Of a stretch of DNA of 64,000 bases, positions 12,728 through 24,219 are shown piece by piece (position 1 is the first letter of the stretch; every line of letters begins with the position of its first letter). The notes under the pieces are model-generated. The model was given only the letters and a program-made list of their open reading frames with translations, ran no database searches and was not told where the DNA came from. The position numbers and the translations under genes were made by a program. This DNA is from Blepharisma stoltei ATCC 30299. Lineage: Eukaryota; Protista; Ciliophora. Location: positions 731,341-795,340 of the forward strand of contig CBFDEM010000046.1 of the NCBI GenBank assembly GCA_965603825.1. Direction: 5' to 3'.

Positions 12728-12780
12728 TATTTTCATTATTTTTGGCTTTATTTTCATTATTTTAGCTTTATTTTCATTAT
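12728..12780. repeat. ~20-bp tandem repeat, ~2.6 copies
   Basis: TATTTTCATTATTTT(T)RGCTT repeated between two divergent genes. Confidence 0.7.
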
Positions 12781-12968
12781 AGATACTTTAATCCAATCCC
12801 TATGTTTTAAATTCAAAATTACACTTTAAGACTTCTTCATTTTAAATTGCCCGCTTCTAGTTTCTCAATCCTAAATACCTTTCTTTATTATCATCACTCT
12901 AAAATTTCTCTTGTCTTTTCCTTATCTTTCATTCCTATCCAGACCTTATAATAATAGGTGAAAAAATT

Positions 12969-14021
12969 ATGACAGAAGACCATTCCCCAAAGAAAACCCA
13001 ACTGGAAGAATTTTTATCCAGTATCAGTGACAACTACAGCAGGTACGAAACAGACGCGACGCTTGATAATTCTCAAGCAATTTCAAACCAAAACGAGCTC
13101 GTCGACAAATCAGGTTGACTCCTCAAGAAATCTAACAACTTCCTACGAGGTTACCAGCAGCGATATTTTGTATTACGAGATAAAAGGCTAGTCTACTTCA
13201 GAAAAGAGTCCGACCCTCAGCCAGCTGGAATTATTAATTTTAATCTTATAACAGTTGACGTACAAGTATACGACCCAGAAAGGCCAAGAAAAATTTTTAT
13301 CAAGCCTTTAGGCGCCAAAAGGTGTTTTGTGCTAAAATCAACTGATCCTAAAGAAATTGTTGATTGGGCTATGGCTTTACATAAACATATTACGTATTCT
13401 GATGGGAGAAAATTGGACATGACAACTATAAGTATGCAAAAGGAATTCTGGAGATTTGACAGGGTTTCAGAAGAACAGTTCCGATACCAAGCTTGTACTG
13501 GAGATTTAATACTGTTTAAAGGGAAAAGTGTTGCAGCGAAGCTGCAACGAAGCGTTTTAAGAGGCAGGTATGACCATGTTGCTTTATTACTGTGCTATTC
13601 GACTGGGGATATAGCAATTCTTGAAGCGACTGGAGATGATGGGGTTGCCATAGTTCAATGGGATGACTTTTTGAGGTATGGCTGGCATCGGCTTTATAAA
13701 AGAATTGCATTCCGCAAGCTGACTATGAACAGAACAGAAGAAACTTTGACAAAATTGCAAGGATTTATTGATAATGCTAGAGGGAAAAAGTATAAAATTT
13801 CATATAAAAAAGTATTTGGAATTGATCAAAGGAGGCAGCCTGGAACTGAAGATAATTATTTTTGCTCAGAGCTGATTGCTTCAGCTTATAAAGCCTTAGG
13901 AATTCTAGATGAAAATATTCCTTCAAGCAGGTATTGGCCAGGGGATTTCGAAAGCAAAAACTCGATACCTTTGATGGACGCTGAGCTTGGTGAAGAAATC
14001 ATGGTTGATTTCGAACTGTAA
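12969..14021 (+). CDS. PH domain plus permuted NlpC/P60 (YaeF/YiiX, peptidase C92-like) protein (~350 aa)
   Basis: PH motif KSG-W(TGA 13116)-LLKK..RYFVL..W; then GDLILF..HVAL..Y..FCSEL with His before Cys. Confidence 0.85.
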
Positions 14022-14209
14022 GCGAGCATAAAAAATTAATAAAAATTATTGTGAATTAAAATTTTTATTTTTTTAAATACGATTCTTGATGTTTCAATTC
14101 GCTAATTAATTATTTCCTATCATAAGCAATAAATGCAAAAATTTCTTACTTCAGCCTCCTCTTTTTAGTTGAAATTTCTTTATTATAGATTTTATATTTT
14201 GTATAGAAT

Positions 14210-15562
14210 ATGACAGAAAACACTTAGTAATTTCTAATCAGCCTTGAAATCCAAACGTCCACTTGGCATCGTGACACCAACTGTCTCTACGATTATCAAG
14301 CTACCGTCACAACCAAAAATCATTTTACTCTAAATTATTCCGCAATTTTGCATAGAGCGAATAATTCCTGCATCCTGAACAGCTCAAGCTGCCACCGAAA
14401 GCTTACTGAAGACTCAAACCCCATTTTATCAATAAAAGCACGTGGGGGCGAGTTTACTATCCAGCAAGCTGGCGATTCTTTAAACGAACGCCTTTGACTA
14501 GTCATAAAATCCATTCGAAACAGCGGCATCAAAGGCTACAAAATTTGTGAAGGCGACTGGATTAGGCTAGGCCGCGTTCGTCTACAAGTAAAGCGCATCT
14601 GTACAAATCCCAAGGCAAATTTAGCGATCCCAATAGAGTCGAATATAGAAAAAGCGAATTTTCAGTATTTTGAGCCATTTCAAGGGGACGAAGTTGTATC
14701 TTGCCGCATATGCTTAAGCAATACAAATTCTAAAGAAAACCCACTGATTTCGCCTTGCCACTGTATAGGGACTATGAAGAATATTCACGTTGGCTGCCTG
14801 CAGGAGTGGCTGACTAATAAAGTTATTGTAAACAGGCTGCAAAAAGCGACTTCTTATTATTGGGGGGAACTGTCTTGTGAAATATGCAAGGCGCCATTGC
14901 CATCAAGTATTTGTATAGGAGCAGAGCGGTTTGATTTAATTGCAATCGTAAATCCCGATAAACCTTACATATTATTGGAAGACTATAGGCCTGAAAGAAG
15001 TGAATCTCGATGTTTACATGTAGTAAGCTTAAATGACGGTGAATCTGCAAGCTTAGGTAGAGGCAATGACAGCGAAATCAAAATTTCTGACGTTTCAGTT
15101 AGCCGAAGACATTGCAAACTGAAATTCATAGATGGAAATTTTGTATTGGAAGACAGCAACAGCAAATTTGGCACTCTCGTGCTGATGAAAAAATCTTTTA
15201 TTCTGCAGCCACATACAGAGGTTACTGTCCAAATCGGACGAACTATAGCCCATTTAGTATCAAAAGAGCCTTTTAGCTGCAAATCTTGCCTTTGGGCTTT
15301 TGGGATAAAAAAAGTGGTTCCAATAACCCATTGTTCCTATTTGACGCAGGCTGATATTATTGAAGACAACCCTGCCGCTTTTGGGGCTCCTACAAGCTCA
15401 GTTGTAGAAGAAACCAACGTCAGGAATTACAGTGACTCGGAAATTAAATGGAACCGAGAAGACATGGCCCATCAAGAAGTTTCGATTGCAATTGAGACAG
15501 TAAATGAAGAAGAAAAGTCCATTAGCAATGACAGGATATTAAATGAAGCTTCAATAATATAA
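14210..15562 (+). CDS. FHA/RINGv alveolate-type E3 ligase (~445 aa, 1 intron)
   Basis: Splicing gives N-terminal TWHRD..LYDY; TGA at 14495 (RL-W-LV); RINGv CRIC..PCHC..H..C...W..CEIC; FHA LGRG..SVSRRH..SKFGT. Confidence 0.88.
14227..14241 (+). other. 15-nt spliceosomal intron
   Basis: GTAATTTCTAATCAG; removal deletes in-frame TAG and TAA. Confidence 0.88.
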
Positions 15563-15588
15563 ATAAATAGGCAAAAATAATAAAAAGT

Positions 15589-15957
15589 ATGAGGATTATT
15601 GGGATTGGGATAGATCTTTGTAAAAACATAAGGATGCATAAAATTTTGGAAAATAAAAATATAAGGGAAAGATTTTTGGAGAAGGTACTTCATCCAAATG
15701 AAAAAATCAAGGAAATTAATTCGAAATATTTAGCGTCAAGGTGGGCTATAAAAGAAGCTCTGGTAAAGGCGACTGCGTCGAGGAGGATTTTGTTTCATGA
15801 AGTGGAAATTTGTAAACAGGAGTCTGGGCAACCGTATATACGGGCTTATGGGGAGACGAAAAATCTGCTTGAAGAAATTGGGGTGGAAAATACAATGATG
15901 TCACTTTCGCATGAGGATGAGTATTCGGTTGCTGTGGTGATTGCAATTGGAAATTAA
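15589..15957 (+). CDS. acpS: Holo-ACP synthase (AcpS-type phosphopantetheinyl transferase)
   Basis: Motifs GIGID, LASRWAIKEA..KA, G.P and SLSHE. Confidence 0.9.
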   Translation: MRIIGIGIDLCKNIRMHKILENKNIRERFLEKVLHPNEKIKEINSKYLASRWAIKEALVKATASRRILFHEVEICKQESGQPYIRAYGETKNLLEEIGVENTMMSLSHEDEYSVAVVIAIGN

Positions 15958-16206
15958 AATTTAACGACACATTTATTCAGGCTTTCGAATCTTAATATTA
16001 TTTTTATCTTATTAAAATTGAATTTTGCATTATAATATTGAATTATCAAATAGCAATATTATACACAAATTGAGTTAAGCTATTATTAGCTTCTAATAAT
16101 TTTTTTAAAAAATCCTTTAATTTTCCGATTTTCAAAATTCCCCATTTTTCACATCTCATAACAGTCATCTAACCGTAATAATTAAATTTATACAAGTCTA
16201 ATTCAA

Positions 16207-17496
16207 ATGAAGCCTTTAATAACCCCCAAACTCTCTAATGCTGATCAAAAATTTTCAGAGAGATTTCTCCCAAACCGAGCCTCTTCTAACTTGCAGGTCA
16301 GTTTTGATTTAATCAAAGACGAAAAATTCCAACAATCCCAAGACCCAGTCGCTGACGACTCACAAGAAGGCTACACAACCCTTCTAAAAAATCAGTTCCT
16401 AGACCACTCTGCATCCAAAAATAACCGTTTCACCTACTCCCAAAACACATTAACCAAAGAAAACATGCCGTTGAATTTTTCAGGAGAAGACATTTACACC
16501 CCACTGAAATCCCAACGAAATATTCCTAAAGCTCCCTTCAAGGTCCTTGACGCCCCTTCTCTACAAGATGATTTTTATCTAAATTTATTAGATTGATCCT
16601 CGAACAACGTCCTAGGTGTAGGCTTAGGATCCTCAGTTTACCTCTGAAATGCGTCAACCTCCAAGGTCACAAAACTCTGCGATTTAGGGTCAATGGACCC
16701 AGTTACCAGCGTTTCCTGATCTCCTAATGGAAATTACATATCCATCGGCACAAATACTGGAAGTACACTACTATGGGACTCTAACCGTTTAAAATTAATC
16801 CGGTCCTTTTCAGGACACTCAAGCAGAGTTGGAGCTATGGCTTGAAGCAACAAAATTTTGTCCACAGGATCCCGCGACCGACAAATTTTACATCGTGACA
16901 TCCGCTGTCCTGAAGAATTTGTTGGAAGACTTATAGGGCATAAACAAGAAGTCTGTGGGCTGAAATGGTCATTTGACGACCAGCAGCTGTCATCAGGCGG
17001 AAACGACAATAAATTAATTTTATGAAGTTTACAGTCCACGTCACCTATGGCGAAATTCAATGAACATATAGCAGCTGTAAAAGCTATAGCGTGGTCTCCA
17101 CACCAACATGGACTTTTAGCAAGTGGCGGGGGAACTGCAGACAGAACGATAAGGTTTTGAAATACTTTGACCAATGAGCAGCTGCAATGTGTAGATACAG
17201 GGTCACAGGTGTGTAATTTAATGTTTTCCAAAAATAGTGATGAGATTGTGTCGACACATGGGTACTCACAGAACCAAATTATGCTATGGCAGTACCCGGG
17301 GCTAAGGAAAATTGCGACGCTGACTGGGCATACTTTTAGGGTTTTGTATTTGTGTATGTCACCAGATGGACAAACTGTAGTCACTGGGGCTGGTGATGAA
17401 ACTTTGAGGTTTTGGGATTTGTTCCCTGGAAATAAAGAAAGTTGTGAAATAGGACAGAAAACAGCACTGTTTCCTTGTGCTTTTGACCTGCGATAA
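16207..17496 (+). CDS. FZR1: APC/C activator, Cdh1/fizzy-related WD40 protein (~429 aa)
   Basis: C-box [36 protein letters not shown] and terminal LR. Six TGA codons (16594, 16645, 16717, 16843, 17023, 17158) sit at conserved Trp positions. Confidence 0.93.
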
Positions 17497-17672
17497 TGTA
17501 TTAATTAATATGCATAATTATTTTTGATAATAAAAATAAAAATTTCGATGAGCAATTAAGGTAAACATAGATTTGGCTGAAGAATAATTTTTAATTTTTA
17601 AGCTAATTTTTTTAATTTTGCACAGGCTCATCTTCTAACTTAGATAAATTATAACAAAATTACGCTGATCAG

Positions 17673-18308
17673 CTATAACCCAGAAAGTAAAATTCTTCTT
17701 ACTTTACTTTTCTTAAGTTCTTTTAGCTGGACTTTAGAATTCAGATTAATCCCATCTCTGCTTACAATATCTGTACGAAACTCTCTCGAAAGAATAGTCG
17801 CCCTCATATCAAAGCTGCTCCTCGTCCCTATTGAGTATTTTCTCAAAACAGGATTTTTCAGCATTTTCAAATCCTTATTAAAATCCCTTATTTCTGGAGT
17901 CAGATAATGCCTATATTTTTCATTTGTTTCTATAGGGTTTGCATCACTTCTTCTTCGATTATGAATTTGGTGTTTTTTCTCAAAATTTCCGATGCTTGAT
18001 TTTCGACGTTTAAAATAGGCTCTCTCAGGGATAGGGACTAGCCTTTGGCTGAAAGGGTTTACACTAGGTTCTTCTATTGGAAAAGACTCATCGTCATCTG
18101 AGGGCTGTTTTAAGGCTTCAGTAAATGCAGCAAGATGGTTATCAAGTGTATTTAAAGCTGTTAAGACTTCTGGAGTATATTCAGGCTTCTGAAGTGGAAA
18201 AATTCATTGCGATCAGGTATTGCTCCAATCTTTAGTTTTTTTTGAGGAAACGTTGAAATTTTTGATGGTTTGTGGGTCGTAGAGAGCATTTTCGTTTTGA
18301 AATTGCAT
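17673..18308 (-). CDS. Hypothetical basic protein (~211 aa)
   Basis: Frame runs from ATG 18308 (MQFQNEN..) to TAG 17673 with two internal TGA codons. Confidence 0.7.
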
Positions 18309-18614
18309 TGTTTTTATATATAGAGTGAGAAACCAATTATAACCATTTTATGGCTTTTAATCCCAAAGCGGTATTTACAAATAGTTTGGGTAGACGAATT
18401 TGTTTAATAGCAGTTGGCTTGTTAATTCCCAGTTGGCATTTTCGCTTTTTTAGTCCCTCTTTGCTTGCTGCTAAATCTCAATAAGGCTCCACTAAGGCCA
18501 AATTCCTACAAAATTTAAAGATGAATTATTTGACATTTTGAGTGAAAATGCAACGCTTTTTGTGAAATAAAAAAATTATTTATTTAGTGTAAACATAACA
18601 GCAACTATTTTAAA

Positions 18615-21317
18615 TTAGCCTTTAAATATTTCTTCAGTTACTACCAATTTACTTTTTTCTTGAATTTCTTTTAAGTTTTCAAAATAATTCTCTATTTTTG
18701 TTATATGGGCTTTATAGAACTTGAATGGTTTGTTTAGCCTATCAATTTCTTCTTTTAGCTCATTTTTTTCAATAAGTAAATGGTTATTAATTAGCACCAA
18801 ATCAGAAATCTGCATCCTCATTGTATCAATTTCAGCTGAAATAGATTCATTTTTTTGTTCGGCTGAGTCATTTTCTAGCCTGTATTGATAGAATCTTTTT
18901 GCGTTGGCATCTTGCTCATTTACCAAATTATTTAATTTATTTTCCAAATTAATTTTTTCTTCTGACAATTGTGCTATTTTTGCATGATTTTCTTCTAATT
19001 TTATTGACAAATTTGATATGCATTGCTTTAGCTCATTTACTAAATCTTCATAATCAGATAAAATAGCTTTAAAGCTATGAGAATCAGATTCTAATGAATT
19101 TAAGGACACTAGCAATCTTTGAATATGATCTTCTTTTGATCTGTTTTCTTTTATGCAGTTACTAAGCTGGTTCATTAAATAAACAATTTCTAATCGCTGT
19201 GATTTATTTTCTAAGTTTTGGGATTTATCAAAAACAGTAGACTCTTCTTTTATTTTTTCCTTGATCTCTTTTTCTTTGGTCAGCTTGTTATCTATTTTTA
19301 TTAAAATATCCAAAATGCAAGATATTGTAAGAGGATATTCTTCAGGTTTATCATTTTTAACACTGCTAAAAGAAAAATTATCGAGACAATCAGGCGATTT
19401 TTGGATCAGTTCTTGAGAATTCTGTAGCAGATGCTTTGTTTTTTCTATTTCAATTCTCGCATTTTGCTTCATATAGTTAAATTTTGACAGAAAAAAATTA
19501 ACATCCTGTGAAGGTAGAAATTTCTCAGCGTTTTTCAGCAATTCAATTAAATTTTTTACCATTATTTGTATATCATCTAAAGGCTGCCTTAAATACTCTT
19601 CAAAATTTTCACAATTATAATTTAGTTTGCTTTGATGATTCAATTTTAAATATTTTTCCTCAAAAATCTGCAGACTTTCATGTAAACTTGTCAGCTCTTT
19701 GCTCAACTCGATTTTTTCATTTTTCACATTCTGCAGCTCAATATTTAATTCTTTTGTAATTTGTTGGTATTTTAACAACTGAGCTGCCATCAAACTGATT
19801 TTTTTACTGTAAATTTCTTCAGTCATTTTTAGCTTTTTCTTTAAGTTTTCTGCATCATTTTCTCTCTCTTCAAGCTGGTAGCTGTTTCTTTTGGAAATTA
19901 CATCAGGTGTTGAGTTGCGAATTACCTTCATCTCTTCTATAAACTTATCTTTTTCTTTTAATAAAAAATTCTGTTTTTCGAGCTGATGCTGCAAATCTGC
20001 AAGATCTTTTGTCTTTATCTGGGTAACTTTGCTTGAATTTGAACGGTGCTTTAATCGATAAGAAACAGGAGATTCTTGCTTTATTGGGCTTTCTTCTATT
20101 CTAGAATCTAAAACTCTTTTAAAAGAATGGTTTTCGTCTATATTAATTATTTCGCTGAATAATCCTGTGCTTTCGTTTTCAATATTATTTTTTTTTGAAT
20201 TTTGTTTAATAAAACATAATAATTTTTCTTTTTCTTCTGAGTGCTGATTTTGCATTTTTTTAATTTCTTCATTATATTTTTCTTCCAATTCATTTTTCTC
20301 TAAATTAAGCTTTTTAATTTCTTCAGTCAGCATTTCTATTTGTTTTCTTGATTCTTTTTCATTACTCATATTTAATATCATCTTCTTTTCATTAATGCAT
20401 TCTTTAATTCGGCTTATAAATTTTAATATCGGTAAGGAATCTTTATAATGTCTAGGTAAAGGTGATGCGCAGCATATAAGAATTACCTTGCTAGGATTTG
20501 TATTAGAATGATAAACATCTAGCGTATCTTTAATATAATTAATCAGCGCATTTTCTCTAATATTTTCAAAATTATCAGTCAGCATATTAGAAATCGAATT
20601 CAAAGCTCTTGCAATCGATTTATCTTCCTTCACAAACTCAGACCCCGCGAATTCCAAAAAATCAGCCCTAGAAATAGCTTGATTCCCTTGATACACTTTT
20701 AAGCTTATAATAAAATGTATTTTTCCCTTATTTTCTTTATCAGCAAACGAATTTCTATTCATAATTGCCGCTCTTATACAAGTGGCCAAATCATTCATAT
20801 TAGAAATCGTCATCTCCATTCCGTTCATCAAATCAGCTAAAAAATCCCCATTAAGTGCTACAGCTGAAAATTTTACTTGCAAATATAAGTTATTTTGCTT
20901 AATTTGATTAAGCAGAGTTTCAGTACTTCTGATAATAATTCCTCGGTTATTCCCGTCATCACCTCGGAGTGTATGGCTTTTTCCAGACCCTGAGATCCCG
21001 CATGCTAAAATGCATACGTTTCTCCCGGCTATCATTTGAACAATAGATTTTTCGACTCAGTCAGAAAAAAGCTTGGATTGGGAGATATCGGAGTGGATGA
21101 CGCTGTCGAATTTTAGCATTTGGGAGTCTTCTAAGAGGGTAGATCTGAGGGAATTTAATTTTATGGGATCTTTTAAATCACTTGGCCGAAGCTGTTTAAG
21201 AGGACTTTGACTGGTGATGATACTTTTGGAGTCAGGATATGGGACGATGCAGCTTTTTTCGATGGGAGAAGACCGGATTCTGCAGAGGATTGTGATATTG
21301 GGATTTGGCTGAGTCAT
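18615..21317 (-). CDS. Divergent kinesin-like protein with long coiled-coil tail (~900 aa)
   Basis: ORFs join through TGA at 21057. ILCRIR, FD.V, P-loop GISGSGKSHT, switch II altered to EFAGSE, and LKF.SR. Confidence 0.82.
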
Positions 21318-21926
21318 TTAACTTTAAATGTAAAATACATATTTTAAGGTAAAATAAATTTATTATGATTTGAACTATAAAAATTGAATTTTTCATGTCT
21401 ATTAACTTTATCATAAAAATTTGGTTTTTAACATTGAGATCTAGGCAGAACTATTTTCATTTTGATCACAATAAAAAATATAAATGACCTAACAATAAAA
21501 ATTTTTAACCAAGATATAATTGCCTTAGAAATCTTAAATTTATAGTAATCAGAATTATTTTCAGCTAAATTCCTTATTATCTCAAGTAATCATAAAAAGA
21601 AAACTGAAAAAAAATTCAGAAGGATTTAATTAAGCAGCTTATAAATTTAAGCTGCTATGTTTTTCAATTGCTTAAATACAATTTAAAATTTAAAATCTCT
21701 TCATAATTAATGAAAAAATTTAAATTTTCTCTTTTATGCCAAGTTGCGAAAATTTGAAAATTTAGCTAAAAAATGCATGGTTCTAGAACTTTCTAAAAAT
21801 TCTCTCAAAACTCGGCCAAAAAATCACAGAAAAAGTTTTTGATTAAAATTTCTTCTTAATTAACTATATCGAAGGCAGACATTTTTATTACCAGTTATTT
21901 TGACTGGTCTGTGGGTGATTATAAAT

Positions 21927-23426
21927 ATGAGGTTGGTATTTCTTATTCTACTTATAGCAGCAGTTCAAGCCCAAAACAAGTATTCACAAAAGTGCTCGAC
22001 AGATGACGACTGCGACCCTTTAAATTCATGCAACACAAAACTCGGAAAATGCTACCACAAAGACTTATGGCCGCTTGAGGGTCAAGAATGGGCTGGCACC
22101 TTTTTAGTTTTCCTAATGAGTGCCTTGTCAAACGCAGGAGGCATAGGAGGGAGCTCTATAATGATCCCTTTCTTGCTTCTCATCTTCAATTTCGAGACTC
22201 ATATGGTTACTCCAATCGTACAAGTCATCATTTTAAGTGGAAGTATCGTAGCAGTTGGCATGAAAGTCAGACTCAGACACCCTACAAGGGACCGTCCTTT
22301 AATTCTCTACGACATCATAATGCTAGAAGTGGGGCCTATGTTATTCGGGAGTGCAGTTGGGGTGTTCCTTAACATCGGTTTCCCATGGTGGCTCATCTTA
22401 TCAATTTTTTGTGTAATTACTCTGGGTCTGATAATCATTACTTTTATCAGAGGTTTCTTACTTTATAGAAAAGAGACCAAGGTTAAAAAGATTTCACATG
22501 TCAATGTTAATAGTCAAGACACCGTGGAAATTGACACTCTTGATGGCGACAATAAAAATGACATTATAGAGGCTGATGACTCTGAGAAAGATCCAGTCGT
22601 CTCCAGACCAGAAAATCAGCCTGACAATCAGACAAGCAAGGATTCAAATCTTATTATCGTTGAGGCAGAGACAGGCAGACCAATCAGAGACATACACACA
22701 GAGCTACAAAAAATTTACAAGTTCGAAAGCCAATGGTGGCATCCTTCAAGAGTTTTTGTAGTATTTGCAATTTTTTCTTGGGCAGTTGTAGCAGCTTTTA
22801 TTAGAGGTGATAGCAACACTGAGTCAATTGCTGGCTGGGAACTTTGCACAAAGGATTTCTGGGGCTTTTTTGTCGGCTTCATGATTTCCATGGCACTGAT
22901 CGGAATTAGTGTTTCCACATATCTCAATAGAAGGGATAAATTAAAGGAATCACTTGGCTACGATTTTGATACCCATGACTTGCGCTGGACTGTCAAACAG
23001 TGTGCTACCTTTATGTTTTTCTCATTTATGGCCGGCTTTTTTTCAGGGCTTGCAGGAGTTGGAGGAGCTGTCATTTTAGGGCCTGTCCAATTGGCATTTG
23101 GAGTTAGGCCAGAAGTTTCGACAGGAACTTCGTCTTGCATTGTTATTCTTACCTCCACTATGAATTTCATCTTGTTTTTGAAGGCTGGGCTTGTTACAGT
23201 AAACTACTCCCTTTGGCTTTTAGCTTTTTCAGTTACTGGTTCTGCCTTAGGTGTCTTTGTGGTGAAAAAGCTTGTAGACAAATTTGGAAGACCTTCCATT
23301 ATGGTGTTCTGCTTGGGGACTGTGTACATATCTGCATTCATACTCACAGTGACTTACAATATCAGAAAAATCATCAAGGACCAGGAAGATGGCAAAACTG
23401 AGTATGATTTCAAGGACTTTTGCTAA
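21927..23426 (+). CDS. TauE/SafE sulfite-exporter family protein
   Basis: AGGIGG, HP.RDRPLI.YD, G.AGVGG..LGP and STGTS motifs; signal peptide plus a small Cys-rich domain. Confidence 0.88.
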   Translation: MRLVFLILLIAAVQAQNKYSQKCSTDDDCDPLNSCNTKLGKCYHKDLWPLEGQEWAGTFLVFLMSALSNAGGIGGSSIMIPFLLLIFNFETHMVTPIVQVIILSGSIVAVGMKVRLRHPTRDRPLILYDIIMLEVGPMLFGSAVGVFLNIGFPWWLILSIFCVITLGLIIITFIRGFLLYRKETKVKKISHVNVNSQDTVEIDTLDGDNKNDIIEADDSEKDPVVSRPENQPDNQTSKDSNLIIVEAETGRPIRDIHTELQKIYKFESQWWHPSRVFVVFAIFSWAVVAAFIRGDSNTESIAGWELCTKDFWGFFVGFMISMALIGISVSTYLNRRDKLKESLGYDFDTHDLRWTVKQCATFMFFSFMAGFFSGLAGVGGAVILGPVQLAFGVRPEVSTGTSSCIVILTSTMNFILFLKAGLVTVNYSLWLLAFSVTGSALGVFVVKKLVDKFGRPSIMVFCLGTVYISAFILTVTYNIRKIIKDQEDGKTEYDFKDFC

Positions 23427-24219
23427 TAATCTTTAAAGTAATAATAATTCGAAAATTCTCGATTTCCTTTTAATTTTCTGCTGGCTGGGTATTTTAAAAA
23501 AATTTTGGAATTTTGGTTTGATTAAAGTTTTTCCGGCCATTCTCGTTTAAATTTTATATAGTTTAATTGTTGCGGTAGGAGCTCGAAGCTTAAAGTTAAC
23601 TTCGAAATTTTGGTCTAACTTGCAAAGAAATTTTTACCAGTGATTAGTCAAAAATTCGAAATTTATGACACTTTTATTGGAATTTCTTGTAGAATTTTGG
23701 ATAACTGAAGAGTTATGAGCTTTATAACTAAAAGCTTTGGTTGGAAAATTTTTAGCTGAAGGCGACATAGTCTCTACTCTCCACCATTTTTTTGTCGAAT
23801 TAGATTTGATCTAGTTTCATATTACAAATTACGAAATTTTTAATAAATTTTATAAGGAAAACTTAATTAAGCTTTTTGTAATTGGTTTTAAAACTAATAA
23901 AAGTAAGAAAGTATTAAATTAAAACGATGAAACTATTTCCAGCAGTTTCTTACTTTAAGCAAAACTAGCCCATATATGCCTTATACATAAATTTAGCTCC
24001 TGCATTATTAATACTTGCAAAGCAAAATAGTTTCTGCGAATTTGGGCGAATTAGTATCTTGCAATCAGAAAAAATGATGGCTTAATAAAGGGCTTAAAAC
24101 AAGCTTATCAGACTTGAGTTGATGAGTATAGTTTTTCATGGAGCAAAAATGCAGGGTGAGTTATATAAACTTCATAATTTATAATAAAATAAAATCTCAT
24201 TATCTGAAAATTTATATAA

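Noticed and set aside
18345-18510. Coding-like patch between two minus-strand genes
   Set aside because: No ATG-initiated frame of useful length and no recognisable RNA motif.
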